A stretch of DNA of 64,000 nucleotides, from positions 86,676,001 through 86,740,000 of the forward strand of contig NC_043001.1 in NCBI RefSeq assembly GCF_006345805.1, written 5' to 3'. Positions 11,775 through 24,751 of this stretch are shown here, piece by piece. A model generated the notes under the pieces. The model did not search any database. It saw nothing but the letters and a program-made list of their open reading frames with translations, and was not told the DNA's origin. Source of the stretch: Octopus sinensis. Its lineage: Eukaryota. Made by a program: the position numbers and the translations under genes. Position 1 is the stretch's first letter, and every line of letters starts with the position of its first letter.

Positions 11775-12004
11775 GGCGGCGAGCTGGCAGAAACGTTAGG
11801 GCGCCGGGCGAAATTTTTAGCGGTATTTCGTCTGTCGTTACGTTCTGAGTTCAAATTCCGCCGAGGTCGACTTTGCCTTTCATCCTTTCGGGGTCGATAA
11901 ATAAAGTACCAGTTTCGCACTGGGGTCGATGTAATCGACTTGGTCCCTTTGTCTGTCCTTGTTTGTCCCCTCTAAGTTTAGCCCCTTGTGGGTAGTAAAG
12001 AAAT
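11775..12004 (+). mobile_element. SINE family B (tRNA-derived), full length with TSD
   Basis: GGCGGCGAGCTGGCAGAA..GAGTTCAAATTCC (B box)..CCTTTCGGGGTCGATAAATAAAGTACC; 14-bp TSD TATATTTAGCAGGT at 11759 and 12006. Confidence 0.9.
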
Positions 12005-12944
12005 ATATATTTAGCAGGTTGACCGACCACGTAGAAAAAACACAATGCAACTAAACTAAACTTCCCCGTTGACCAATCAACTTCATCGCCTTCATATAAT
12101 GCAATCAGCTTTCGTTGCATTTTTAAAGACGATCGGTAAAAGACAGAGAATGATTTCACTTTTATCTTTAGGAAGTCGAACGACCACGTCAAATTAAATT
12201 CATAGTCAACGAAGGAATTGATAAATTCCTTCGTTGACCAATCAACATCGTCGCCCTCATCAGATCATCGTTCAACGCAACGGCGATGTCAGCATCTTTT
12301 AACATCGTGCTGTTTCTAATTTCCCCTTACCGTAAACTCCACTCCCATCGCAGTCACTACTACAACAACAACAACAACTACTACTACTACTACTAGTGTC
12401 TATTTCTCTCTCTCTCTCTCTCTCTTTGTTATGTTATTTATCTCTTAAAACGTGTTAGGAGAACTCCATGTAGGAGAATGCCGATTTTGCAAAAGCGGCT
12501 AAGATATTTATCGTTTCCTCGGGCGAATTACCGAGGATTGTTCTATTTTATTTTCACGTAGTCGCCCGAAGTGCGGTTTCTATTTATATAAAATAGAAAA
12601 CAAATCCCCCTCTAAGTACAATCCACTGTCTTTAACCCACAAAAAAAAAAAAATTAAAAACAGCGATTACATATAGTGGAAAAAAAAATCATCTAGCAGT
12701 TAACAAGAAGAACACCCTTTGCATATACTAAAACCAAATACCATTCCATGAAAAAAGCGGCCGATTAACAAAGGAACGAGTTCCCTATGTGATCCCTACA
12801 TATCTTATTCCAACGAAGAACTTTTTTTAAACCAACACTGGAACAACAAACGCAGAAAGTACTTTTATATTATTTTATTTCTTTTCGCTTTTTTTTCTTT
12901 ATTTGTTTTCACTTCTATTCCTCCTCCTTCATCCTTTTCTCTTC

Positions 12945-13385
12945 TCCTTTTCTTCATCTTTCTCGTTCTCTTCTTCCTTTCCCATACTCCTCGCTTTTCT
13001 CCTTTTCTTCATCTTTCTCGTTCTCTTCTTCCTTTCCCATACTCCTCGCTTTTCTCCTTTTCTTCATCTTTCTCGTTCTCTTCTTCCTTTCTCATACTCC
13101 TCGCTTTTCTCCTTTTCTTTTTCTCTTCTCCTTTTCTTCATCCTTCACGTTCTCCGTTTTCTTTCCTTCTCTTACTCCACGGTTTTCTCCTTTTTTTTCT
13201 TCTTCTCTTCTCCTCCTCGCCATTCGTCTCTTTATCTTTTTTTTTTCAGCTCAATTCTTCTTATGTTTCTTCATTCATCTCCTCTTCCTCTCTTTTCTTC
13301 TTCTTCTTCTTCTTCTTCTTCTTCTTCTTCTTCTTCTTCTTCTTCTTCTTCTTCTTCTTCTTCTTCTTCTTCTTCTTCTTCTTCT
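12945..13385. repeat. Pyrimidine-rich tract: ~55-bp unit x3, then (TCT)n
   Basis: CTTTTCTTCATCTTTCTCGTTCTCTTCTTCCTTTCCCATACTCCTCGCTTTTCTC is repeated; (TCT)n at ~13290-13385. Confidence 0.85.
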
Positions 13386-13836
13386 TTTCCTCCTCATTTT
13401 ACTTCTTCTTTTCCTCCTCATTTTACTTCTTTTAGTCTTCCACAAGTAATGGATTCGTTTTCCATTTCCTTTTATATTTGTTATTATGTTTGTTATCAAA
13501 ACTTTCTAGAATGAAATGGAACTCATAATTCTCTAAATTCTAAATCAACGACAGAAAATCCATAGGAAATACTTGTTGACATTGCTGTAATGCCGCTGAT
13601 CATAATATTGATAATGATGATGAGAGTGATGACGATGAAGACCACTACGACTACCTAGCAAAGTAAATAAAATACAAAATAAATAATTTTTTTACACAAA
13701 GTAAATAATTTTTCTTTTTAAACAAAGTAAATTAAACACAAAAACACAAAGTAAGGATCGACTAGTCACGACTAGCTAGCGCGGATGCGCGACTACGCGA
13801 GTGCACGCACCGGGACAACTCTTCTTAAGTAGTACC

Positions 13837-13873
<37 letters not shown>

Positions 13874-13878
13874 TGTTT

Positions 13879-13913
<35 letters not shown>

Positions 13914-14314
13914 ATTGCTGTGTTGCTCCTGTTACTGCTTCAACTGCGAACCTTAGGACCTCATGAGGAAGGAAAAGGTCACGAAATTTTTTCCATCATT
14001 TCTTCCCCTCCAACCCCTACCCCGGCATTCCTGTGTTTCATGCCACGGAAATTACGATTTTGAAAGAATTCTTTTTTGTTGTTGTTGTTTTGTTGTTTTT
14101 TTCCTTAAAAACTATTTTGTTTGCATTTTTGTTACCCCGCCTCCTCAATTATATGCTCTTCTCCTCAATTTGGTAGTGACTGTGGATGTATAAATTTTCG
14201 AAAATAAGTGAAGAGGAAAGAAACTCGAATGCACCAATGAGATGAATTTCGGTTCTACTTTTCAATTAGAGTTCTTTTCATTCTTTCTAATTTGCACGCG
14301 GTCAGCAATTTTGA

Positions 14315-14590
14315 AGGCGGGAGGCAGGTCGAGTACATCGACCCTAATGCTTAATTGGTATTTATTTTATCGAACCCGAAAAGATGAAAGGCAAGGTCGA
14401 TCCCAGCAAAATTCAAATTTTGGCAAAAGCGCGATCGACCCCACTATTCATCTGGTACTCATTTTATCGACCTCGAAACAATGCAAGGCAAAGTCGACCT
14501 CGATAACATTTGAACTCTGAACGTATACGCCCGGAAGAAATGTCGCTAAACATGTTGTCCGGCATGTTAACAACTCTACTAGTTCGCCGT
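14315..14590 (-). mobile_element. Degenerate SINE family B
   Basis: Reverse complement of the B-box and GGGGTCGATAAAAT core, partly duplicated. Confidence 0.7.
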
Positions 14591-16119
14591 CCTACCTCTC
14601 AATACCGAGTCGACGAGAGCAAACAAAAATCAAGCGTTAAGTTAACAACTCACAAAGAAAGGGGAAGATAATTTCAAGAAATTAACAATTAGTTACACAA
14701 AATTAATTACAATCTTGACGGAAAATCTGATGGTTGTTGCAAGCAAAAGAAGACCATTATGGGTATATTTGAGTCTTGTTATAGCTAATGACCATACTTA
14801 TAGACTCGTCTACTCAAGTCTGCTTTCATCAGTTTGACTGTAGGGGACATCTAAAGATTAGTGCAGTCCATCGACTTTGTTTGCTCATAACTTTCGGAAA
14901 GTGCATAGTTTTTAATGAAACTTTAGAAAGATGGGTTTTCGAGAGTGCGTTATCTACGCTTACGAAAATGTATTTCTGTAAACATAACATTTAAAAATAT
15001 CTATTTGAAACGTCAAGGGTGAGAATGAGTTGAAACTCTAAAAAATAAAGTTTATCAACGTAATTGCAATCTAGGCCCTCGAAAATGTACTTCGGTAAAA
15101 TGTCATTTAAAAATATTATTTTCAGAAAGTTATAGGGAAACAAAATTGCTACAGAATGAAAATGATTTAAAACTCATTGAAAAAAGAATTAGCATCTTGT
15201 ATTTCATTTGTAATGTTATCAAATAGTATCTACACTCGTGAAATGTTATCTATAAAATTTCATTAAAAATTATCCACATTTCAGAAAATTATAAGTTATC
15301 AAATTTGAGGGGCACAAATGTGTAGCTATGCCTGTTAGTATTTAATTTGGCTTTATTCTGGTCTAAGCACATCGTATAATTCCTCATAACTTTTTTTATC
15401 TTTTGGAATTTTCAGAAAAAATTTGTGAACTTGTGTTCTATACACGGGAATTCAAACGGCTATGAATACAGCTAAACGAGGGCGATATAAGGTGGTCGTC
15501 AGATGTGCTAAAAATAACAGCTAAACACCCCTCAACTCGCACAAAATTTTTCTCTTGATTTTTGCCTCGTTGTTTGAATTTCCGAGTGTAGAACATAAAT
15601 TTGCAAAAGTTTTATAAAACTTTCCCAAAATAAAAACATTTATAAGGGGTATATGGCGTGCTTAAAGCAGAATCCCGCCTTTATTTTATTCATATATCAT
15701 ATATATATAACTTCTACTTTCTGAATGTAGACAGGACCTAGCCTTATTTGAAGTAGATAAATATAAATAGAAGATAAGTAGTGATACATTTAACCGACAA
15801 TTACAAACTGATACCAGTTACTTAACTAGAGAGAAATACTATTATTATCATGTACATTTTATGAGAAGAGGCTTGTCGGGAGATCTGGAGTTTGGTGAAG
15901 GCCATATGCTCTGAGAAAGTTATTCCTTTGTGGGTTTTCAGCCAGTGGATTGCGGTCATTCTGGGGCACTATTGTATTGGACTCGGCTCATTGTATTGTC
16001 GCGGTTACTGTACTTAAAAAGAACGTAGCCAAATAATACACCTAATTTTGTTCGACGCACTAATTCTGCCATCCTGAATGTGTGTGTGTGTGTGTTTGTG
16101 TTTATATATATTTATTTAT

Positions 16120-16401
16120 CTTTTACATGTTTCAGTAATTTGACTGCGGCCAAGCTGGAACGACGCCTTAAAGTCGAAGAAATCGATCCAAGGACTTATT
16201 CTTTGTAAGCCTAGTACTTACTCTATCGGTCTCTTCTAGAGCAGGAGTGGCTGTGTAGTAAGAAGCTTGCTTCCCTACCACATAGTTCCGGGTTCAGTCC
16301 CACTGTGTGGTATCTTGAGTAAAGTGTCTTCTACTATAGCCTCGGGCAGACTAAAGCCTTCTGAGTGGATTTGGTAGATAGAAACGGAAAGAAGCCCGAC
16401 G

Positions 16402-16405
<4 letters not shown>
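16120..16405. mobile_element. SINE family A fragments (3' end on -, 5' half on +)
   Basis: GACTGCGGCC..GTAAGCCTAGTACTT (reverse 3' end), then GGAGTGGCTGTGTAGTAAGAAGC..GGGTTCAGTCCCAC (A/B boxes). Confidence 0.8.
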
Positions 16406-16459
<54 letters not shown>

Positions 16460-16462
<3 letters not shown>

Positions 16463-17704
16463 GGTGTCCCAAAAAAATGTATGCACACTTTAAACAATTG
16501 TAAAGTAGTTGTTTATTAAAAGACACTTCATTTTCAAAATTTAATAGAATCTACAGACATTATTTTATTGTTTTGTCAATGCCTGTTTTCAAACTGATGT
16601 CCGGTCTGGTCCAGGCACTGCTGACAACGCAAAGGAATGGAATCACAAATATCACAAAAGAATTTGTTTGGTATTTGTGTGCACTCTCGTCCAATGGCTG
16701 CTCTCAAATCAGTGACTTGTAGGTTTCATAGCGTAGAATTTGTCTTTAAGGTATCTCCATAAAAAAGTCTAGTGGTGTGAGGTCTGGTGAATTCAACCAT
16801 ACCTCTTCATCCAATCCACCTGTTTAGCAAGATCTCATCAAAGAAGGATCTCACATGGCAATGGTAGTGTGGGGGTGCCCATCTTGCTGAAAATAAAACT
16901 CCTCATCTTCAAAGTCTTCTCTAATGCTTGGCATAACAGAATGTTGCAACAAGTTCAAGTAAACGGGACCAGTCACAGTAGCATAACAAAAGAATGGTCC
17001 AATTAATCCTCTTGATGATAAACCACACCACACAAATATCAAATTAACATGGTGTTTCACCATAACATGCAGATTCTCAGGACCCCAGTAGGTGCAATTG
17101 TGGCAGTTAATTGAACCATTTAATTTGAATGTGGCTTCATCACTCCACACAATCTTTGTTGGAAAGTGTGCAGTTTCTACACATCGTTCCAAGTACCACT
17201 CGCAATGCTGCACTCTTTCGTCTGGATCATCATCATTAATAGCATGGACTAATCTTGGAATGTAACTTTTCCATTGACAATGCTTCAAAATGCATTGGAC
17301 AGATGATTTTGGAATACCTACCTCATGACTCGCTTTGCCGCACAGATTTTCTTGGACTTTGGTGATTCATTTCCAGTACTCCTTGTTTTGTTGGGGTTGT
17401 TGATGTTCGGGGTCTTCTGGAATGCTTATCGTGGACATTCTGAACAGTTCCATCAGCTTCAAACTTATCTCTAATTCAAGTGATAGGGAGTTGCATTGGT
17501 GGATCTGTTTGAAACTCCCTCCCCAACTATTTTTGCACTTCAACTGCATTTTCACACTTCCAGTATCATTTTAGAATGAATTTTCTTTGTTCAAAGCTTA
17601 ATCTGACTGCCATCATTAAATCCTATAGGTTTCATCTGGAAAGAAAAAATATCAATTGAGTTATCAGCTGCTAAAGTGTGTATACATTTTTTTGGGACAC
17701 CCTG
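16460..17704 (-). mobile_element. Tc1/mariner-superfamily transposon (maT/DD37D-like), full length but decayed
   Basis: TIRs CAGGGTGTCCCAAAAAAATGTAT(G/A)CACACTTTA with TA on both sides; transposase motifs [33 protein letters not shown] and SPDLTPLDF; frameshifted. DD spacing was not counted. Confidence 0.9.
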
Positions 17705-17738
<34 letters not shown>

Positions 17739-17886
17739 TGTATGTATGTATGTATGTATGTATGTATGTATGTATATGTATGAATGCATGTATGTATGCA
17801 TGTATGTATGTATATATATATATATGTATATATGTATGTATATATATATATGTATGTATGTATGTATGCATGTATGTATGTATATA

Positions 17887-17991
<105 letters not shown>

Positions 17992-18009
17992 ATATATATA
18001 TTACAGTTA

Positions 18010-18770
18010 TGTTGAAACATGTGATGCGGGAAAGTGCAGCATTGATGACAAAACATTTGTGGAGTAAATAATCGGCTAATTCGACAAAGCGACATGCGTC
18101 CGTTTGGAGTATTCCAGGCCCTAACTTGTCATGGAAAATTGGGAGTGGTGTGTATGCCTATGCCTTTACTGATCTTGAGAAAGTCTCATATCGCTTCAAT
18201 CTTCAGACTCCGTCTGGCGTTCTGCAGCAGACATTTGCTGATTTTGGGTAAGCCTCATCTCCATTCTCTCTTGAGACTGAATCTGACGTGCTGCTGCATG
18301 CGTTTGCTAATCTTGGGAAAGTCTCATCTCCCTTCTCTATTGTTGTAGGCATCCTTTTGTCTCGGGAGACAATGGAGTTGCGCATAAACTAATCCAGTCT
18401 GGTTTTTACATTTCATGTCCGCTCCAGTTTCCTCCCCAGTCTTGCGCAGGCCTGGGCTAGATGTAAGAAAATCCTGGATAGCCCAATCGTTAGGATTCCT
18501 CTCTCGACCTTGCTGACGTAGTCCAAAGGAGTGCAGAGCATTACGTTTAGCACCAGCTTGGTTGCAGGAGCTGCCGGAAGAGTGTTGGGTCGAACACTAA
18601 ACCGCCTACGGGGCTTCACTCCGGATTTCTTTGAAGGTTGTCTCCTTTCCGTAACCCTAGATAGGGGCCCATACCAGGTACTGTCAGCCGGAGCCAGCTG
18701 AGCCTAGGACTCGTGTCAGGCAGGGTCGTCACTCCCTGAAGTAGTGAAGAAAATCACTACCCACTATTGA
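18010..18770 (-). mobile_element. Probable decayed retroelement 5' region
   Basis: GC-richer block with broken ORFs and no diagnostic motif recognised. Confidence 0.3.
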
Positions 18771-18862
18771 GACGACATTAATTAAAGGGCAAATATGTAA
18801 TTGTAAAAACCTTGCAACTTTGCAACTACTCCGATAATTATGAACTGGTAATTGAATGGTAA

Positions 18863-19093
18863 GGCGGCGAGCTGGCAGAATCGTTAGCACGCCGGGTGAA
18901 ATGCTTAGCGGTATTTCGTCTGCCGCTACCTTCTGAGTTCAAATTCCGCCGAGGTCGACTTTGCCTTTCATCCCTTCGGGGTCGATTAAATAAGTACGAG
19001 TTACGCACTGGGGTCGATGTAATCGACTTAATACCTATGTCTGTCCTTGTTTGTCCCCTCTGTGTTTAGCCCCTCGTGGGTAATAAAGAAATA
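18863..19093 (+). mobile_element. SINE family B, full length with 16-bp TSD
   Basis: TSD GGTAATTGAATGGTAA at 18847-18862 and 19094-19109. Confidence 0.92.
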
Positions 19094-19540
19094 GGTAATT
19101 GAATGGTAAATGCGTATTTTTATATACCTTGGACCTGTCACCTAATTGTATTTTGTCAAGAGTTTAACCTCCAGCCGTTCGTTATGTCAGGCAGCACACA
19201 AACATTGACACACCATTCCGCTGACATGGCGGTAAAGACAGAAAATTGCCGACACGTAATGTTGTTCACATTAGGATATGAATTATTCATTTATTTATCA
19301 CAGTAGAATTAAAAGTGAAAGAATAAAAGTGTAACAATATTATATAACATTACAATATAGATCTTATTGTTTCACTTTTGACACGTAATAGCGAACCAAT
19401 GCCAATATTATATTGTTTTAATTCAAATGGGGAAAAAAATGACATTTTGACATTCACGGGGTTTGATACTATTACCTTGTAATATTTGATTTGATTTGGT
19501 CGAGCCTTTTGAGAATGCTAGGGTACAGACAGACAAAGAA

Positions 19541-19577
<37 letters not shown>

Positions 19578-19599
19578 TATATATATATGTAAATGTAAT

Positions 19600-20105
19600 A
19601 TGTGACAATTACTCGGTAGCGATGATAAAACTCCAAGTTTCGGATGACGAGGTGGAAATACACACCGCAATCTCTTCAGTTATCCGGCCATCGGAAAAAT
19701 GCTATGAAAAATTACCGTTATACAAAGGGAAATTACTGTGTGATTGACCGTTATTAAGACAAAAGAGCTATTTGAATGACCGCTGAGGGGAGGGAGTAAA
19801 CATAAGGGGGTAAAAAGTTCATAGTATTCGCGTAAGCGCACATGTTCATACCTACACATGCGCGCCCGGACACTCACGTGCGTGCGCCTAAGAGTATACA
19901 TTCATCCACCCTCACTTGAAAAGTACACATTCTCACTCGCACCATTCGCCAAATGTATATCCCAGTGCCTAAAGCTCAAAGTGTGATTATTGGACCTGGC
20001 CTTGAAATTACCCTCTGTAAGGCCCACGTATTTCTTCGTCGAAACCGTGTCTTTAGTGGGTGTAAAGTCCACGGTGGCTTCGTAAATGATTTTCTCGGAC
20101 ATCTC
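19600..20105 (-). mobile_element. Inverted, internally deleted copy of the adjacent Penelope-like element (EN fragment + pseudo-LTR)
   Basis: IIYEATVDFTPTKDTVSTKKYVGLTEGNFKAR is joined to the reverse complement of 21700-22060. Confidence 0.88.
19604..19684 (-). ncRNA. Type I hammerhead ribozyme motif in PLE pseudo-LTR
   Basis: gataa-CTGAAGA-[helix II]-GAAA-cttgg..ccgag-TA-a-ttgtc. Confidence 0.7.
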
Positions 20106-20139
20106 TAGACGTATCCTTAGATCTAAATAAGAACATTTA

Positions 20140-22085
20140 TAAGCCTTATAGGAAGCCCAATGATAAACTTAGTTATATTAATGTAGGTTCATGCCATCCC
20201 CCTATGGTATTTAAAAATTTAGTTAAAAACATTAGCAAGAGAATTTCTAGCCTCTCCTCAGATAAGGACAGTTTTAATAGCGTTGCCCCAGTATATAATA
20301 AGGCTCTAAAAGATAGTGGTTTTAGTGAGGAAATAACCTACACACCTGCCACCAGCCCAGCAATAAAGAAGAGGAAACATAGAAATAGGAAAACCATCTG
20401 GTTCACACACCCCTACTCACCGGAGATGACCTTCAATATAGTCAAGCGTTTCTTAGCATTGATAGATAGACATTTTCCAGTCAACCACACTTACAGGAAG
20501 CTCTTCAATAGACACAACTTTAAAATCAGTTTCAGCTCAACTACCAATTTTAAAAACATAATCGTACACAACACACAAAAACCACAATACGAAACCAGCT
20601 GTTCATGCAGGGATAAAAATTTGTGCTCGCTAAATGGATCTTGCATGTCCGAGACCATCATTTACGAAGCCACTAAAGACACGGTTTCGACGAAGAAATA
20701 CGTGGGCCTTACAGAGGGTAATTTCAAGGCCAGGTTCAATAATCACACTTTCAGCTTTAGGCACTGGGATAAAAGGCAAGCGACCAAATTATCCAGTCAT
20801 ATATGGTCATTAAAAGATAAAGGTGTCAGTTACAGCATCCATTGGAAGATCTTAGCCAAGTGTAAGCCCTACACCAACGGCAGTGGAAAGTGCGGTCTAT
20901 GTGATATGGAAAGATGGCTAATCTGGAAAAGCAGTTTAGACCCCGCTAGATGTCTGAATTCAAGAACTGAACTTTTCAGATCATGCCTATATGTGGCCAA
21001 ATATTTGTTACGTTTTTGGTCCCCCGAGACTACAGATAGAACTTACTTTCTATATTATGTCCACGCACAAGCTTTTTATCTCTTTATACCTTTTACTTAT
21101 ATTTCTTATATATTTTTATTTTTATTTATATCTTTTATACATATATTTCTTACATATTTATAGAGATATTGGTTTATAGTTTTATTGCTTATATATTTTT
21201 TACACATAATTTTTCCATACTCTACCTTTCACCCTGCATTTTTCCCTGTGCTTATATAGACGTGTATATGGAATCTTTTGTGCTCGCGTGTAGATGTGTG
21301 CATGTGTGCGGGTATGTACGTATATAGATGTGTGCGTGTGTGCGCGCATGCGAGTACGTGCGTATATAGGTGTAATTTACTTAGTGTTTTTCAACATTTT
21401 CCCGTATTTTTGCCATTAGCCGTTTTTTCTTGTGTATGTGTGCATATAGACGTATGTATGCTTTTTTGTGCGTGCATGTGTGTGTGCGTATAAAGACGTG
21501 TGCGATATGTGTGTATATAGGAGTGTGTGTGCGCGTGCATAAAGCTATGTGCACATATAGACGTGTATACTCCCTTATACCTTTTTTCTGTATTGTTACC
21601 CTTAGCCCTGTTTTTTTCTTGTGCTTGTGCGTATATAGACGTGTGTATGAACCTTTATGGTGCACGCGTGTGTGTGTGGGTTTGTATGTATACACATACA
21701 TTTGGCGAATGATACAAGTGAGAATGTGTACGTTTTTAAGTGAGGGTGGATGAAGGTACAATTTTAGGCGCACGCAAGTGGGTGTGCGGGCGCGCATGTG
21801 TAGGTATGAACATGTGCGCTTACGCGAATACTATGAACTTTTTACCCCCTTACTTTTACTCCTCCCCTCACTCAGCAGTCATTCAAATAGCTCTTTTGTC
21901 TTAATAACGGTCAATCACGCAGTAATTTCCCTTTGTACAACGGTCATTTTTCATAGCATTTTTCCGATGGCCGGATAACTGAAGAGATGGCGGTGTGGAT
22001 TTCCACCTCGTCATCCGAAACTCGGATTCTTATCATCGCTACCGAATAATTGTCACATATTATTTTACAGATAAATTCCTCTATT
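20140..22085 (+). mobile_element. Penelope-like element 3' part (RT thumb, GIY-YIG endonuclease, pseudo-LTR)
   Basis: ORF 20204-21163: YNKALKDSGF, RNRKTIWFTHPYS, CSCRDKNLCSLNGSC..IIYEAT..YVGLTEGNFKARFNNH..CGLC. The clade differs from the PLE at 1-646. Confidence 0.88.
21974..22054 (+). ncRNA. Type I hammerhead ribozyme motif in PLE pseudo-LTR
   Basis: gataa-CTGAAGA-gatggcggtgtggatttccacctcgtcatcc-GAAA-ctcgg..ccgaa-TA-a-ttgtc. Confidence 0.7.
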
Positions 22086-22131
22086 ACATAATATCGAGGT
22101 CTCTTTCTTTCTTTGTTGTCTTCATTTTATC

Positions 22132-22219
<88 letters not shown>

Positions 22220-22726
22220 ATAAGGGACTAAAGCCATCTGAATTGGCTAGGGACAGGGCAGGGTGGTGGGGGTGTTACTGTTGCATTTAGCCCAGGCGAA
22301 CATCAACGTCGTCAGATAGGTTTGACACCATCACGGCGTCCTCTATCCTGCAAAGGGAGATAATTCCCCGATGAAGCGGAAACCACACACGGACCTAGGT
22401 TTCAAGGTGTTTGCCTATTATCAACGTATGGTAGGCACCCGCTTCCTCGACGAACCACTCACTCTGCAGGATATTTATATAGATTTTCAAGCAAAATACA
22501 TTTGCTGATTTCGAAAATCTGTTCGACAGCAATAATAATTCTCTAAATGAGATATAGACAGTTATCAGCACGTTAATTTCATGAGCAGGCTGTTCTGTTG
22601 ATCAGGCCAACTCGTCGTCGTGACCGACGGAGTGCCTGTAAATGTAAGTTTTTGCATATATTATATTTTGTACTTTGATTATACAACAGTCCCGTCAGTA
22701 ATGTTGACACGTCTCTACCGGGCGAA

Positions 22727-22920
22727 ATGCTTTGCGGTACTTCGTCTGCTGTTACGTTGTGAGTTCAAATTCCGCCGAGGTCGACTTTGCCTTTCATCCT
22801 TTCGGGGTCGATAAATTAAGTACCAGTTACGCACTGGGGTCGATGTAATCGACATAATACCTATGTCTGTCCTTGTTTGTCCCCTCTATGTTTAGCCCCT
22901 TGTGGGTAATAAAGAAATAG
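22727..22920 (+). mobile_element. SINE family B, 5'-truncated
   Basis: GGGCGAAATGC..GAGTTCAAATTCCGCCGAGGTCGAC..TAATAAAGAAATA. Confidence 0.85.
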
Positions 22921-23182
22921 GTCTCTCAGCCCCCACCCCCATACACACACCTCATATCATGGCCCTCCTTTTTGCATCAGACTCTCCAGAATCCATCAGT
23001 AATCGATTCCCGTTCATACATACTTCACACCACCGTGTAATAGCCGCAGTTGTAACATAAAAAATTAAGTTTCAATTCTACAGCTATAAATTCTCACAAC
23101 ATAACGTCACCCCGATTTCGTTTCCTCATAACTTACTGAAAAATTGTTACTTATTTAATGAAATTTTCTACAAATATTTTTC

Positions 23183-23553
23183 AGGCGCAGGGCTAGCCGT
23201 GTGTTAAGTAGCTTGCTTACCAACCACATGATTCCGGGTTCATTCCCACTGCGTGGCACCATGGGCAAGTGTCTTCTGCTATAGCCTCGGGCCGACCAAA
23301 GCCTTGTGAGTGGATTTGGTAGACGGAAACTGAAAGAAGCCTGTCGTATATAAGTATATATGTGTGTATGTGCGTGTAAATGTTTGTATGTCTGTGTTTG
23401 ACAACCGATGCTGGCGTGTCTATGTCCCCGGTTCGGCAAAAGAGACCGATTGAATAAGTACTAGGCTTATTTGCTCGAATAAAGGCAGTGATCCAGCATG
23501 GCCGCAGTCAAATGACTGAAACAAGTAAAAGAGTAAAGACTAAAAGAGTAAGA
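23183..23553 (+). mobile_element. SINE family A, near full length
   Basis: GGCGCAGGGCTAGCCGTGTGTTAAG (A box), GGGTTCATTCCC (B box), central microsatellite and (AAAGAGT)n tail. Confidence 0.88.
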
Positions 23554-23760
23554 GATGGTGTATCATAGCGGCATTTAATGTAAAAAAAAAAATTGGCGAG
23601 CACGCATGCATACTGACTGACACACATCACATGTATATCTACGAAATAAAACTTGAAATTTTGAAGAAAAAAAAAGAAAAACGTGATGTGTATTCATGTA
23701 TGAGTACGCGCCAACCAATTTTGTTTTTACATGCAATTCCTACATAATTGTAATCTATAC

Positions 23761-23990
23761 CAGTGCTCCGTAACCGGTATACCGCAGCACACTGGTATGC
23801 CGCAGCACACTGGTATGCCGCAGCACACTGGTATGCCGCAGCACACTGGTATGCCACGAGACGATGCTAGGTGTGCCCTAGTGTAACCTGAATGTAATTT
23901 TTTTCCCCCTACATTATTAGTTAAGGTGTGCCACCGAATTTTGAAATAGATTTAGGTATACCGCAAGTGAAAAAAGGTTGCGGAGCGCTG
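23761..23990. mobile_element. hAT-type MITE
   Basis: 15-bp TIRs CAG(T/C)GCTCCG(T/C)AACC, perfect 8-bp TSD ATCTATAC, internal 18-bp unit CCGCAGCACACTGGTATG x4. Confidence 0.92.
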
Positions 23991-24332
23991 ATCTATACTA
24001 CCTGAAACGTATAAGTTGAAAGTTTCATTGAAAAAATATCCATTTTCCCGAAAGTTATGGAGAAACAAATTCGGTGGGATAAACATGTAAAGATATTCCA
24101 CTGCTTTAACAATTTCATAGTTTGGTGAGGTTAAAGGAGGGAAAAAACTTCAGTTATTTCCTCACCGTGTGAGAAAATAACTGTACTTGATGTAAAATAA
24201 CTGTACTTGATGTAAAAACAAACGTTGAATGACAAAAATATAAAAATTATAGGTGGTCTTTTTCATTTTATTACATATGTCGGTTAAACGGTTAAACTTC
24301 ATTTGTTAAATGAGATACTTTTATAGAATTAG

Positions 24333-24751
24333 ACTAGCAGTATCACCCGTGTGATATATATATGTATATATATGTATATATATATGTATATATATATATG
24401 TATATTCCGCTCTGTGTGTGTGTGTGTGTGTGGCTTCTAGGATCTCGGGCATCCTCTATCCGATTGCGCTCAGATTTGATATGTAGAATTAGAAATTTTG
24501 AAAAGTAAAAATTTTGCATTATGTAGCTTGTTATTCTCTTTAAGTGAACATTTTTCTGCTTGAAATACACCGAAAAATGGCGACACAGCAGTAAAAAAAA
24601 TCGTAAAAAATAGGGATTTTCATAGAAAAAAAGCTCCTTTTTGATGTAAATAATTTTGTTCAACTTGCGCCGCAGGGTCTTCGAGGAGATAGTGTTAGTT
24701 GAAGGCTACCAAACCTGCTACACACAGACAACTTCATCTTTATATATATAG
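24333..24751 (-). mobile_element. Probable non-autonomous Helitron
   Basis: ACTAGCAGTATCACCC (reverse of a CTAG 3' end) and a 5' end resembling the family at 27905-30140 (CACACAGACAACTTCATCTTTATATATATAGA). An internal module is shared with 25543-25625. Confidence 0.5.

Noticed and set aside
22345-22400. CCGATGA-AGCG-GAAACC
   Set aside because: The core is altered, there is no helix II and no UH triplet.
23183-23260. tRNA-like heads of SINE families A and B
   Set aside because: They have A/B boxes but no acceptor stem or cloverleaf; they are SINE heads, not tRNA genes.
23503-23530. SINE A tail AGTC-AAAT-GACT-GAAA-CAAG-TA resembling the 3' half of the 57018 hammerhead
   Set aside because: There is no catalytic core upstream and the stem extends through the G of GAAA. 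An ordinary LINE-derived tail hairpin explains it, although a PLE-derived tail is not excluded.
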